Positions 19,294 through 29,340 of a stretch of 64,000 nucleotides of DNA are shown piece by piece (position 1 is the stretch's first letter; the number at the start of each line of letters is the position of its first letter). Origin of the DNA: an uncultured delta proteobacterium (GTDB taxonomy: Bacteria; Desulfobacterota; Binatia; UBA9968); the NCBI GenBank assembly GCA_963745835.1, contig CAVUZH010000003.1, forward strand, positions 576,001 to 640,000, given 5' to 3'. A model generated the notes under the pieces. It saw only the letters and a list, made by a program, of their open reading frames with translations. It had not been told where the DNA came from and did no database searches. The position numbers and the translations under genes are program-made.

Positions 19294-19380
19294 TTGGACA
19301 CACCCCCCTCTTAAAGGCGGTGAGCGCCTGAAACGCAAAACCTTAGGACTGCAAATGCGGCGATGAAAGCCGGGTTCCTA
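19294..19380 (+). ncRNA. Degenerate GEMM-I (c-di-GMP-I/c-AMP-GMP) riboswitch-like sequence
   Basis: GGACACAC..UAAA.. then ACGCAAAACC....AUGAAAGCCGGGUUCC with AACC/GGUU and GGA/UCC pairings; no sense gene downstream. Confidence 0.35.
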
Positions 19381-19412
19381 TGGTTCCGACATTAGGCATG
19401 AACGGACGACGC

Positions 19413-20588
19413 TTACAGTTTTCCTAGCCTCGCAAATCGTTCCGCTGCGGCAGCAAGGGTTTCATCTTTCTTGCAGATGGCAAAACGCGCCAGGTATCTA
19501 CCCAGTTCTTTATCGGACTCTTGGTAGAACGCGCTGGGTGGTATACAGGCAACGCCGATCTCGGTTGTTAGCCAGCGTGCAAACTGAACGTCATCCGTCA
19601 CGTGTCGCGGCGCGACGGGGCGCCAATCGGCCATAATGAAATAGCTGCCCTGCGGCTTGAGAACTCTGAAACCGGCTTGTTGGAACACCTCGATCATTCG
19701 ATTACGCTTGGACTGATAGCTCACCTGCAGCTCTTCGAAATACTTCACTGGCAAACTGAGCGCCAGTGTGGCCGCGGCTTGTAAGGGCGAGGCAACAGCA
19801 AAGGTGATGAACTGGTGCGCGCGATTAACAGCATTCACCAGATCTGCCGGACCGATCGCCCAACCGATCTTCCAGCCGGTAACGCTAAAGGTTTTGCCAA
19901 CACTGCTGATGGTCACTGTGCGTTCTGCCATGCCCGGCAAGGTCGCCAGTCGTATATGCGCCATTCCGTCGTAGAGGATATGCTCATAGACCTCGTCGGT
20001 AATGGCGACGACCTGATGCTTGCGGCATAGATCCGCAATTAGGCTAAGTTCCTGGCGGGTATAAACCTTGCCGGTCGGATTGTGCGGCGTATTGACGATA
20101 ATCGCGCGGGTGCGCGCATTGAAAGCTCGTGTAAGCTCGTCCGGATCGAAGCTCCACTGATCACCGCGCAGAGGCACATAGCGCGGCCTAACTCCCGCCA
20201 TCGCCATGTTGGGCACATAGCTGTCATAGACGGGCTCAAAGACAATCACTTCGTCGCCCGGATCGGTCAAGCCGAGGATCGCAGCGAAAACAGCTTCGGT
20301 GGCGCCGGAGGTGATTAGAACCTCGGTCTCCCAATCGATCTCTTGGTTGTAGAAACGTTCGGCATGCTGCGCCACCGCTTCGCGCAATACCTGCATACCG
20401 ATACCGGGGGCATACTGATTCAATTCGCTGTTAATCGCTTCCACCGCCGCGGCAAGAACTTCCGGCGGACCATCGAAGTCCGGCGCGCCCTGGCCGAGAT
20501 TGACTGCCTTGCATTGTCGCGCTAAATCATTGATCTCGACGAATACCGTGGTGCCAAATCCGGCGACACGCCGGGCCATAGCTGACAT
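19413..20588 (-). CDS. Class I/II PLP aminotransferase (YbdL/kynurenine aminotransferase-like)
   Basis: VNLGQGAPDF, NTPHNPTGKV, DEVYEH, SVGKTFSVTGWKIGW motifs. Confidence 0.93.
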   Translation of the reverse strand: MSAMARRVAGFGTTVFVEINDLARQCKAVNLGQGAPDFDGPPEVLAAAVEAINSELNQYAPGIGMQVLREAVAQHAERFYNQEIDWETEVLITSGATEAVFAAILGLTDPGDEVIVFEPVYDSYVPNMAMAGVRPRYVPLRGDQWSFDPDELTRAFNARTRAIIVNTPHNPTGKVYTRQELSLIADLCRKHQVVAITDEVYEHILYDGMAHIRLATLPGMAERTVTISSVGKTFSVTGWKIGWAIGPADLVNAVNRAHQFITFAVASPLQAAATLALSLPVKYFEELQVSYQSKRNRMIEVFQQAGFRVLKPQGSYFIMADWRPVAPRHVTDDVQFARWLTTEIGVACIPPSAFYQESDKELGRYLARFAICKKDETLAAAAERFARLGKL

Positions 20589-20923
20589 CGTAGATGAACC
20601 CCCCTTGTTAGAATCTTCGGAATAATCTCTAACCAGATAGATTTCAATGGCGTGGAGATCGAGTTTCGTTGCCGTGCAACCTAAGTGCATGCGGATACAA
20701 CGTAGATTGCACACAGGTCTAATCCTGTTAAAACGAAACACACTTCATACGCGAATGTCTTTCCCGCTGGAAACTCTGGAAGAGACGAAGAGGCTGGGAA
20801 GAGACAAGAGGCTGGCAGCAACTGTTTAAATCAAACTCCGGCGATTAAAACTACTGGACATTTTAACCGCGTTTAAATATCAGAAGTTAAGAGAACGAAT
20901 GGCAAACAAAAGGAGTTCATACC

Positions 20924-22423
20924 ATGGCTCAGTCCGATGCTGCTTTTAATATAATTGAAACGACTATTGACGATGTTCACGCGGCTTACGAGTCAGGTCG
21001 GCTGACTTGCCGGAAGTTAGTACAAATGTATCTCGATCGCATCGAGGCTTTCGATAAAAAAGGCCCGCAGCTCAATGCCATCATCACGATCAATCCCGAG
21101 GCGCTGGGGGAAGCCGATCGTCTCGACGCTGCTTATAAAGCTTCGGGTCTCGTGGGACCGCTGCACGGCATTCCGGTCATCTTCAAGGATCAGGGCGATG
21201 TCAAAGGCATGCCGACCACGTTGGGATCGGTGTTGTTCAAGGATTATTATCCGGACCGGGACTCGTTTGTTGCCGACAAGCTAAGAAAGGCCGGCGCGGT
21301 GATCCTGGCCAAAGCAACGTTGGGCGAATTGGGCGGCGGCGACACGCACGGATCGCTATTTGGGTCGACCCGCAATCCGTATGATACCGAACGCACGGTC
21401 GGCGGTTCCTCCGGTGGTTCAGCGGCGGCGGTCTCGGCAAATTATTCGACCCTCGGCGTTGGACAGGAAGGGCTGGCATCGATCCGCAGGCCATCGACGT
21501 GGAACTGCATTAGTGGCATGCGTCCGACGGCAGGCTTGGTTAGTCGTGGCGGCGTTTATGGTTGTTGGCCGGAAATCAATGGATCGCTGGGTCCCATGGC
21601 CCGCACAGTGGGCGATTTGGCCGCTCTGTTGGACATCATGGTCGGGTATGATCCGGAGGACCCGATCACCGCGCGCGGGATCGGTCATATTCCCGAAACC
21701 TATAAAAGTTTTCTCGACAAGAATGGTCTTAAAGGAGCGCGGATCGGAATCTTGCGCCAATCGATCGGCCTCGGCAGCGAACCGGATTCAGAAGACTTCA
21801 ATAAGATCGGCGAAGTGTTCGACAAAGCAGTGGCCGATCTCAAGGCCAGCGGCGCCGAAATTGTAGATCCGATCACGATTCCCAAGCTCAATGAATTGAT
21901 GGCCAAGCGATCTTCAGGTCCCGGTGACTCGGACAAATCTTTTCAGAACTATTATGGACGAAGCGCCAGACCGCCGTTTAAATCCCGTGAAGAGGTCATC
22001 GCGGCGCCGGAATTCGCCAAGATCGTGCGCCGTTCGCAAGATCGTTTCAAGAAGAATCCCGATCCACTGAGCCATTACGAGCATCTCAAGGCGCAAGATG
22101 AGTTGATGACGAATTACCTGAAGGTTATGGCCGATCATCGCCTGGATGCGATCGTTCATAAGGCGATAGAGCATCAGCCTACTCTTATCAAAGACGGCGT
22201 GAACCCGCCGTTCGTCGATCAGAAAGGCGCGCCGCATCTGAATACATTCCTGGTTTTCGTTCCGACGATCGTTGTTCCGGCGGGATTCACAAGGGACAAT
22301 CTTCCCGCCGGCGTTTGCTTTACCGGACGACCTTATGATGACGGAAACCTGATCAAATTTGCTTACGCATACGAACAGGCAACGCATCATCGCCGCCCGC
22401 CGGCAAGCACGACGGGGTTGTGA
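20924..22423 (+). CDS. Amidase signature family protein
   Basis: GPLHGIPVIFKD, RNPYD..R.VGGSSGGSAAAV, SIRRPS motifs. Confidence 0.92.
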   Translation: MAQSDAAFNIIETTIDDVHAAYESGRLTCRKLVQMYLDRIEAFDKKGPQLNAIITINPEALGEADRLDAAYKASGLVGPLHGIPVIFKDQGDVKGMPTTLGSVLFKDYYPDRDSFVADKLRKAGAVILAKATLGELGGGDTHGSLFGSTRNPYDTERTVGGSSGGSAAAVSANYSTLGVGQEGLASIRRPSTWNCISGMRPTAGLVSRGGVYGCWPEINGSLGPMARTVGDLAALLDIMVGYDPEDPITARGIGHIPETYKSFLDKNGLKGARIGILRQSIGLGSEPDSEDFNKIGEVFDKAVADLKASGAEIVDPITIPKLNELMAKRSSGPGDSDKSFQNYYGRSARPPFKSREEVIAAPEFAKIVRRSQDRFKKNPDPLSHYEHLKAQDELMTNYLKVMADHRLDAIVHKAIEHQPTLIKDGVNPPFVDQKGAPHLNTFLVFVPTIVVPAGFTRDNLPAGVCFTGRPYDDGNLIKFAYAYEQATHHRRPPASTTGL

Positions 22424-22430
22424 CATAAAG

Positions 22431-22475
22431 GTTCCAAACGTTCCAGCAGTTACAATCGTTGCAGCGGTTCAAAAT
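22431..22475 (+). repeat. Five degenerate tandem 9-mers starting GTT
   Basis: gttccaaac gttccagca gttacaatc gttgcagcg gttcaaaat directly after the amidase stop. Confidence 0.55.
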
Positions 22476-22591
22476 GCCGATGCCGCGGAAATTCGAGCAG
22501 CGGTGGTATACAGCGGGGGTACGTTGATGCGAGGGGGTCGAGCCGGAACGAAACCTTTGGGCTCTGTTTCAGCACCGTGTCGAGATGGAGA

Positions 22592-23023
22592 TTACGAATC
22601 GCCCAGTTTGAACTTCGGCAGCCAGATATCCGGCGATTGTTGTTCGAACACGACCGATACTTTTATGCCGAGTTTGACAGCCTCGACGGGACAGCCGATC
22701 ACGTTTGTGATCATCCGTGGGCCTTCATCCAAGTCGATCCAGGCGATGACGTAAGGAATATCTTTTTCAAAGGCCTGCGATGCCGCGCGACCAACGACCT
22801 GCCGAATCACGGTGAAGGAATAAACTTCTCCCAAACCGCTGAGCTCTTGCCATTGAATGTTTTCGCTGCCGCATTCGAAACAGCTCGGACGCGGTGTCCA
22901 GATATAAGCGCTGCAATCGATGCAGCGCTGCATTAGAAGCTTCTGCTTCGCTGCTGCGTCCCAAAAAGGTCTCGCTTCGCTGGTGATCGTAGGTAATGGT
23001 TTTTGCAGATTGGTCTCAGCCAT
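22592..23023 (-). CDS. DUF35 Zn-ribbon/OB-fold protein (thiolase partner)
   Basis: PFWDA...QRCIDC....PRPSCFEC, SGLGEVYSFT, PYVIAWIDLDEGPRM motifs. Confidence 0.93.
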   Translation of the reverse strand: MAETNLQKPLPTITSEARPFWDAAAKQKLLMQRCIDCSAYIWTPRPSCFECGSENIQWQELSGLGEVYSFTVIRQVVGRAASQAFEKDIPYVIAWIDLDEGPRMITNVIGCPVEAVKLGIKVSVVFEQQSPDIWLPKFKLGDS

Positions 23024-23129
23024 GGCTGTTGAGGGCTCCTTGGGATTGGTTCAACGGTCAACCGTCAAAGGTTCAGCATCAGAAAAGTTACATCGATTCC
23101 CATCGGCGTTTGTCATTTTGGATATCCGC

Positions 23130-24323
23130 TCATGCATCAATACCCAAAACCGCCACCGCGCAGCAGCCGAGATTCTTGCCGTAGGGCAGAACTCCCAGGC
23201 CGGTAACCAGACCTATTTTGGCGCCGGCGACTTGGCGTTGGTCGCCTTCGCCGCGCAATTGCCGGACCGCCTCGATCATGTGAATGGTTCCACCCGCGGT
23301 AGAAGGCTGTCCGCAATTGATCATGCCTCCGCCGGTTTGAATCGGTAGCTGGCCGTTGATCGTAAAATCGGTGCGTTCAAAGAAGCCGAGATCGCCCTTG
23401 GCGCAAAACCCTAAATCCTCGATCTGCAAGTAGACCACGATAATGTAATCATCGTATAGCTCGAGGAAGCTGATATCGCCGTGCTTCACGCCGGCCATTT
23501 CCATCGCGACTCTGCCGGCATCGGCGACACCCATGATCAAGGCATCCGAAGCGGCTCTTGGGCCGTAAGAAGGGTTGCTTCTTTCGCCAAAGCCGAGCAC
23601 GAAGATCGGCGCCTTGCGCAGGTTTTTCGCTCGTTCCGGAGATGCCATGACGTAAGCTTTGCCGCCGTTAGCCGGCAGCACGCAGTCGAGAAGCCGAACC
23701 GGATCGGCAACCAATCGCGAGTCTTTATAATCTTGAATCGTAATTGGTTTTTTCAAGTAGGCGCTGGGATTCAAACTCGCATGGTAACGGCCGGCAACGG
23801 CGATCTTGCCGAGATGATCCAACGTCGTGCCGTATTGGTGCATGTGGCGGCGCATCACCATAGCTATCTTGCTATTGGGGCCCATGGTGCCGAAGGGAAT
23901 TTCGAAATCGCGCATGTCGCCAGGTTGAATGCCGCCGCCGAAATGTTCAGAGAAAGGGGCTGCCGCGCCGATGCACAGAGCGATATCAATTAAACCTGAG
24001 TTGATCGCTGCCGCCATGCCGCCCACAAGGGAAACCGCGCCGGCGCCGCCGGTGCTGCCGGCGAGCAGAAGTCCCGGCGTGATGCCGAGAATTTCCGCGA
24101 CCTCTTCGGGCCAAAACGGCTGTGGATAGGCGGTGGGAATCGTTACCCCCAAACCTTGCCCGTTGAGATCTTTGAGACTGAGTCCCGCGTCTTCCAACGC
24201 CAAACGCATCGCCCAGGCCAGATATTGCGCGCTCGATTTACGTGGTTCGCCTGGTTTTGAACCGAGACGATCCGTCGGCGTCTCGCCGATTCCGACAATG
24301 GCTGCTTTGCCGCGAATACTCAT
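23130..24323 (-). CDS. SCP2-type thiolase family protein
   Basis: AIVGIGET, RRHMHQYG, LLDCVL..GG, LYDDY, LPIQTGGG, EAVRQLRG motifs. Confidence 0.92.
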   Translation of the reverse strand: MSIRGKAAIVGIGETPTDRLGSKPGEPRKSSAQYLAWAMRLALEDAGLSLKDLNGQGLGVTIPTAYPQPFWPEEVAEILGITPGLLLAGSTGGAGAVSLVGGMAAAINSGLIDIALCIGAAAPFSEHFGGGIQPGDMRDFEIPFGTMGPNSKIAMVMRRHMHQYGTTLDHLGKIAVAGRYHASLNPSAYLKKPITIQDYKDSRLVADPVRLLDCVLPANGGKAYVMASPERAKNLRKAPIFVLGFGERSNPSYGPRAASDALIMGVADAGRVAMEMAGVKHGDISFLELYDDYIIVVYLQIEDLGFCAKGDLGFFERTDFTINGQLPIQTGGGMINCGQPSTAGGTIHMIEAVRQLRGEGDQRQVAGAKIGLVTGLGVLPYGKNLGCCAVAVLGIDA

Positions 24324-24477
24324 AGTTTAATCGTTATAGTGCGGCTCAAGAGAGAAATGCAACTTCAAGTGTGTACTCAGACAGATTTCATCGCTTGACA
24401 CAACGCAACGCTGTTCTGTACAGCATGGGAATCGATGCTGGATTCCAAGCTGCGTGAGCCAATGCAAGGGGGTCTAT

Positions 24478-25467
24478 ATGTTAAAGCTTTTGGCAACGAT
24501 GCTCGGCGTCGTTTTCTCGGTGATCTTTTTCTGCAGCCCCGCTGATGCGAAATTCGTCGTTGCGTGGTCTGCCGTCAGCGCCTTGAACTCGCCGTTCTGG
24601 GTAATGCAGGATGCCGGCTTTTTTAAAAAAGAAGGATTGGACGTGGAGCTGGTTTACATCGCCAGCTCGCCGACAGTGGCGCGGGCGACTCTTGCGGGCG
24701 ACATTGTCATATCAGGCGCCAATAGCCAGGTGATCGTCGATGTCGGGCTTAACGGCGGAGATCTTGTCGCCATGGGCGCGATCACCAACGTCGTTGCTTT
24801 TTACGTGATGGCCGCGCCCGAGATCAAAAACGTAACCGACCTCAAGGGCAAGGTTGTCGGCGTGACCCGCTTCGGCGCTTCGACTGATTTCGGCATGCGA
24901 ATGCTCCTGTCCAAGTATGGTCTCGAAGCGGCCAAAGACGTTCCTTTCATTCAAATTGGCGGCATGCCCGAGCTTACCGCGGCGCTTTCGAACCGTACGG
25001 TTTTCGCAGCGCCCATGTCGCAGCCGATGGTTTATCTAGCTCAAAAAGCGGGAATGCGCATGATCGCCAATCTGGCCAAGGAAGACATTCCCTTTATGCA
25101 CATCGGTCTGACCACGTCGAAAAAATGGATCAGGGAAAATCGGGCGGAAGCCAAGGCGTTCATCCGCGCGTACGGGCGGTCCATTCATTTCATGCACAAC
25201 CACAAGGAAGAGACTCGCAGTATCTTTGCGCGCTATACCAAGATCAACGATCCGGGAATGCTCGATGGCAGCATTCAGTACGGTTACGATTTCATGGAAA
25301 AAGTTCCCCTAGTCAAGTCTCAGGCGTTCCAGGTGACTCTGGATCAAATTGCCAGGAATAATCCTAAAGCAAAGCACGTCAAGCCGGATCAGTTCTTCGA
25401 CAACAGCTTGGTTCAGGAGCTGGTGGAGGAGGGGTTCTTCGCCAAGTTGTGGGGAAAAGGCCTGTAA
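24478..25467 (+). CDS. NitT/TauT ABC substrate-binding protein
   Basis: Signal peptide, GFFKKEGLDVELV, DLKGKVVGVTRFG motifs. Confidence 0.9.
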   Translation: MLKLLATMLGVVFSVIFFCSPADAKFVVAWSAVSALNSPFWVMQDAGFFKKEGLDVELVYIASSPTVARATLAGDIVISGANSQVIVDVGLNGGDLVAMGAITNVVAFYVMAAPEIKNVTDLKGKVVGVTRFGASTDFGMRMLLSKYGLEAAKDVPFIQIGGMPELTAALSNRTVFAAPMSQPMVYLAQKAGMRMIANLAKEDIPFMHIGLTTSKKWIRENRAEAKAFIRAYGRSIHFMHNHKEETRSIFARYTKINDPGMLDGSIQYGYDFMEKVPLVKSQAFQVTLDQIARNNPKAKHVKPDQFFDNSLVQELVEEGFFAKLWGKGL

Positions 25468-25668
25468 GCGCAACGGCCCAGCAGGATAGCTTAAAGCTGC
25501 AACTCAAGCGAATGATCTCGCGCAGACACAAAGGCGCAAAGGTAAAGAACAATGATCCATCTTGGCGACTTGGCGCGAAGAATTTTCCTGTCTTCGACAT
25601 CGGAAGGGCGTCTAAGCCTTCGCGCAAGCCGCGAAATCTTTGAGCCGTAGTCATACAAAGGAAGACCT

Positions 25669-26772
25669 ATGACCCTTATCCTCAATAACGACGATGTGAA
25701 ACAAGTGCTGACCATGGAAGTCACCATGAAAGCGCTGGAGCAGGCCTACACCGAACTCACCCGCCAGGAGGCGGTCTGCCGCCCTCGCATCGATATTCAG
25801 ATCCCGACAAAGGACCCCAACAAGATTTATCAATGGGGCACCATGGAAGGCGGATCGATGTCCGGCTACTTCGCGATTCGCATGAAGTCGGACGTTATCT
25901 ACGAGCAGGAATATCAGGGCGCGATTACACAAGAGAAATACTGCTTAACGCCGGGAAGATTCTGCGGCTTGATCTTGCTTAACAATATTCAAAACGGCGA
26001 ACCTCTGGCGCTGATCAATGACGGTTACTTGCAACACATGCGGGTGGGTGCCGACTCGGGTATCGGCGTTAAGTACATGGCGCGTGAAGACGCCGAAATC
26101 CTCGGCATGATCGGCTCGGGAGGGATGGCGCGCTCGCATGTCGAATCGTTTCTCTTGGCAAGAGAAATCAAACGAATACAGGTCTACAGCCCTACCAAAG
26201 CGCATCGCGAGGAGTACGCCAAAGAGGTCAGCGAAAAATACGGAATAGATGTTGTACCCGTAAGCCAGCCAAAGGAGGCCTATAAAGGCGCGCATATCGT
26301 TGCAGGCTGCACAGACTCTTCAGTGCCGATCATCGTCGGTAAATGGTTGGAAGAGGGGACGCATGTTACCTGCGTCGGCGGCAAGCCGGATGAAGATACC
26401 TTGAAACGCATCGATGTCTCATTGCGGCTCGGCAATGCGCCCCATCCGTGGGGGCTGCCGGAGTTCGGTCTTGCCGACGAATACATCACCTACGCGGCGA
26501 AACCCGATCACAATGCGGATTTTCAGATGAAGCGAGCCGGTAAACGGGCGCACGGCGTAATTGCGGAGGACCGCGCTGTTCTCCTCGAGGAGCTTTTAAC
26601 CGGTAAAAAAAAGGGACGCACCTCGAATAAGCAGATTACCTACTCAGAAAGGGGCAATATACAGGGAGCGCAGTTTTTTGCAGTGGCCGGCAAAGTTTAC
26701 GAGCTTGCGAAGGCGCGGGGTTTAGGCCGAGAAATTCCGACGGACTGGCTGCTGCAGGACATCAGAGACTAG
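25669..26772 (+). CDS. Ornithine cyclodeaminase/mu-crystallin family protein
   Basis: MRVGADSG, GMIGSGGMA Rossmann motif, VYSPT, QFFAVAG..YE.A...GLG. Confidence 0.9.
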   Translation: MTLILNNDDVKQVLTMEVTMKALEQAYTELTRQEAVCRPRIDIQIPTKDPNKIYQWGTMEGGSMSGYFAIRMKSDVIYEQEYQGAITQEKYCLTPGRFCGLILLNNIQNGEPLALINDGYLQHMRVGADSGIGVKYMAREDAEILGMIGSGGMARSHVESFLLAREIKRIQVYSPTKAHREEYAKEVSEKYGIDVVPVSQPKEAYKGAHIVAGCTDSSVPIIVGKWLEEGTHVTCVGGKPDEDTLKRIDVSLRLGNAPHPWGLPEFGLADEYITYAAKPDHNADFQMKRAGKRAHGVIAEDRAVLLEELLTGKKKGRTSNKQITYSERGNIQGAQFFAVAGKVYELAKARGLGREIPTDWLLQDIRD

Positions 26773-26841
26773 CAGAGATGCTTGTCTTCGTCACGATGAG
26801 ACGGTTCGGATCAATTATCTCAGCCTGAGTATGAGGAAGTT

Positions 26842-27933
26842 ATGCCGCTATTTCTGAATAATGAAGAAATTGAGCAGCTCCTGACGATGAAAACCTGCAT
26901 GGATGCGCTGGAGATCCTTTACCGGGAGCTCGGCGAAGGCATAGCCGTGGCGGCCTCACGCACCGATATCCATTCACCGACTTCGGCAGCACAAAACGTC
27001 GAAGTGCCCATGGCGCACTATCTTAAAAGCATGAGCGGCGCATCGCCACATTTCGGCACCGCGGCCTTGAGATTTTCTTCTGACATCGTGGCCTGGCGTC
27101 CAGCAGGCGAGGGCATGCGCCGGGAAAAAATACCGGCTCTGCCGGACCATCGTTGGCTGGGTATCGTCTTGCTTTTTAGTTCGGCAAACGGCGAACTTTT
27201 GGCGATCATGAACGATGGTGTCATTCAACGCATGCGGGTGGGCGGCACTAATGGCGTGGCTACTAGATACCTGGCGCGTGCAGATGCGCAAACCGTCGGC
27301 CTGATCGGCTCCGGCTGGCAGGCGGGAACGCAAGTGATGGCCGTTTGCGAAGCGCGCGCGATCAAGAAGATCAAAGTATATAGCCCGACGCGAGTCAATC
27401 GAGAGAGGTTCGCCGCTGAAACGGCGCCGCTGGTGGGCGTGGAAATCGTGCCGGTGAGTTCGCATGAAGAGGCGGTTCGCGATGTCGATATCATCATCAC
27501 CTCGACCAACGCTCGTAAACCATTTCTCGGACCGGAGGCGCTCGCCGAAGGCGTGCATCTCAGCTGCATGCAACGGGATGAAGCCAACGATGAGGCTCTG
27601 GCCCGCTGTCGGCCGCTGGTGGTTCATACCAACCTGGTGGAAAACAACAGCACTTCGTCGCAACTGAGCGAGATGGCAAAGCCAGGCTTTGAGTTTCGCG
27701 ATCATCCGATGCAAAGAGGCATCGATTGGAAAATCCTGCCGACGTTACCCGATCTGATTACAGGGCGTATCAAGGGGCGGGAGACGGCAGAGCAGATTAC
27801 CGGATTCGTCAACAACATCGGCCTGGGTGTGCAGTTTGCCGCCGTCGGCGCCAAGGTGTTCGAAGCCGCCAAGGAAAAGGGCTTGGGGCGCGAAGTGCCG
27901 CTCGACTGGTTTACCCAAGATGTGCATCCATAG
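26842..27933 (+). CDS. Ornithine cyclodeaminase/mu-crystallin family protein (paralog)
   Basis: MRVGGTNG, GLIGSGWQA, VYSPT, GRETAEQIT, GLGVQFAAVG motifs. Confidence 0.9.
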   Translation: MPLFLNNEEIEQLLTMKTCMDALEILYRELGEGIAVAASRTDIHSPTSAAQNVEVPMAHYLKSMSGASPHFGTAALRFSSDIVAWRPAGEGMRREKIPALPDHRWLGIVLLFSSANGELLAIMNDGVIQRMRVGGTNGVATRYLARADAQTVGLIGSGWQAGTQVMAVCEARAIKKIKVYSPTRVNRERFAAETAPLVGVEIVPVSSHEEAVRDVDIIITSTNARKPFLGPEALAEGVHLSCMQRDEANDEALARCRPLVVHTNLVENNSTSSQLSEMAKPGFEFRDHPMQRGIDWKILPTLPDLITGRIKGRETAEQITGFVNNIGLGVQFAAVGAKVFEAAKEKGLGREVPLDWFTQDVHP

Positions 27934-27993
27934 ACCAGCGGTGAAACACGTGAACCGACTTTGAATCAACGACTCGATGGCGAAGGAGTAGTG

Positions 27994-28983
27994 ATGAAAC
28001 ATCTTCGACTTGTATTTTTCATCGCATTGCTGCTCGCCGCCCGAGAAGCGCAGGCCCAACAGAAATTCCTCATGGGCTATTCTTCGTTTAGCGCAAACCA
28101 GACTCCTATTTGGGTTGCGAAGGAGGAAGGTTTCTTCAAGCGCTTTGGCACCGAAGCGGACTTAATCCTCATCGAAGGCGGCACTCGTGGCGCTCAGGCA
28201 TTAATTTCCGGGGACATTCCGATTATGGGAATGGCGGGGCAACCGGTAATCAGCGCGCGAGCCCGGGGCGCCGATCTGACGATGATTGCGGGCACGGTCA
28301 ACAAAATGAATTACGTTCTGATCGGGGCGCCAAGCATGAAGAAGCCCGAGGATCTCAAAGGCAAACGCATCGGCGCGGCGCAGGCCGGCACCGCGTCCTA
28401 TCATGCGGTTTTGCTTGGACTGAAACACTGGGGACTGGACCCGCGCCGGGATCAAATTACCATCCTGCAAATCGGCAACCAAGGCGCCCGCGTGGCATCC
28501 CTGCAGTCGGGAGGCAGTGATGCGATCATCGTTAATCCCGGCCTGGGACCATCGCTGAAAGAACGGGGCAATAATATTATCGCCGATTTCACAGAGCTGC
28601 CGATTGCTTATCCGCAACAAACCGTTAGCGTGCGGGAGCGCACGTTGAAGAGCGACAGTGAGTTCGTCGAGAAGGTACTAAAAGGCGTTGTTGCGGGAAA
28701 CAGCTTTAGCTTGGATCCTAAAAATAAAGAGCGGGTTAACCAGGTGATCGCCAAGTACCTACGTCTGGAGCGAGTGGCGCAAGCTGAAGAACATTACCAG
28801 GCAGCGCTTAAGGTCATGGCGCCAAAGCCGTACGTCGACGTCCCCAGTATCGCTTCAATGATCGAATTCATCGCCGAATCCGATCCGTTGGTTGCCAAAG
28901 TGAAACCGGAGATGGTGATCAATCACGCGATTCTGAAGAAGCTCGACGACAGCGGGTTTTTCGAGCAGGTGTCGAGGCGGTGA
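27994..28983 (+). CDS. NitT/TauT ABC substrate-binding protein
   Basis: Signal peptide ending AQA, PIWVAKEEGFF, DLKGKRIG motifs. Confidence 0.9.
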   Translation: MKHLRLVFFIALLLAAREAQAQQKFLMGYSSFSANQTPIWVAKEEGFFKRFGTEADLILIEGGTRGAQALISGDIPIMGMAGQPVISARARGADLTMIAGTVNKMNYVLIGAPSMKKPEDLKGKRIGAAQAGTASYHAVLLGLKHWGLDPRRDQITILQIGNQGARVASLQSGGSDAIIVNPGLGPSLKERGNNIIADFTELPIAYPQQTVSVRERTLKSDSEFVEKVLKGVVAGNSFSLDPKNKERVNQVIAKYLRLERVAQAEEHYQAALKVMAPKPYVDVPSIASMIEFIAESDPLVAKVKPEMVINHAILKKLDDSGFFEQVSRR

Positions 28984-29340
28984 ACGCGACTGACTTCGCG
29001 TGTCGTTCCTCTCGGGCCGATGAATTACACGCATGAGAGGCGTTAACAGCCGGCTGATTGTTATGAAACCCGGAGCGCCAGCCGAAATAACCCGCCACCG
29101 TTAATGAGATAACCTGCCGCGCCGGTTGGCTTCTTCCGTAAGGCTTACATTGACAAGATAATCTGTCTGATCGATATTGCGAACGATTTGTATTCATTCT
29201 CAGAGCCGTCGCCGGAGATAAGCGGATCGGCATTTGTCGACGCCTTCGGCGGCTCGCTTAACAGTAGACATCCAGAGAGAGAGAAAGCCGCCTGTTCTGA
29301 CTTTCAGTGTGGGTAGTATAAAGGAGAGGCTTGAACGGCA

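Noticed and set aside
22431-22475. CRISPR array (repeats beginning GTT)
   Set aside because: Units are 9 bp with no spacers, and no cas genes are in the window.
25515-25582. CGCA..CAAAGGCGCAAAG / CTTGGCGACTTGGCGCG palindromic repeat
   Set aside because: Probably a degenerate REP-like palindrome, but a single weak copy in the window is too little to call.
29020-29270. attI/attC sites upstream of the SIR2-like gene (GGCGTTAAC, GCTTAAC)
   Set aside because: No convincing paired arms could be drawn by eye.
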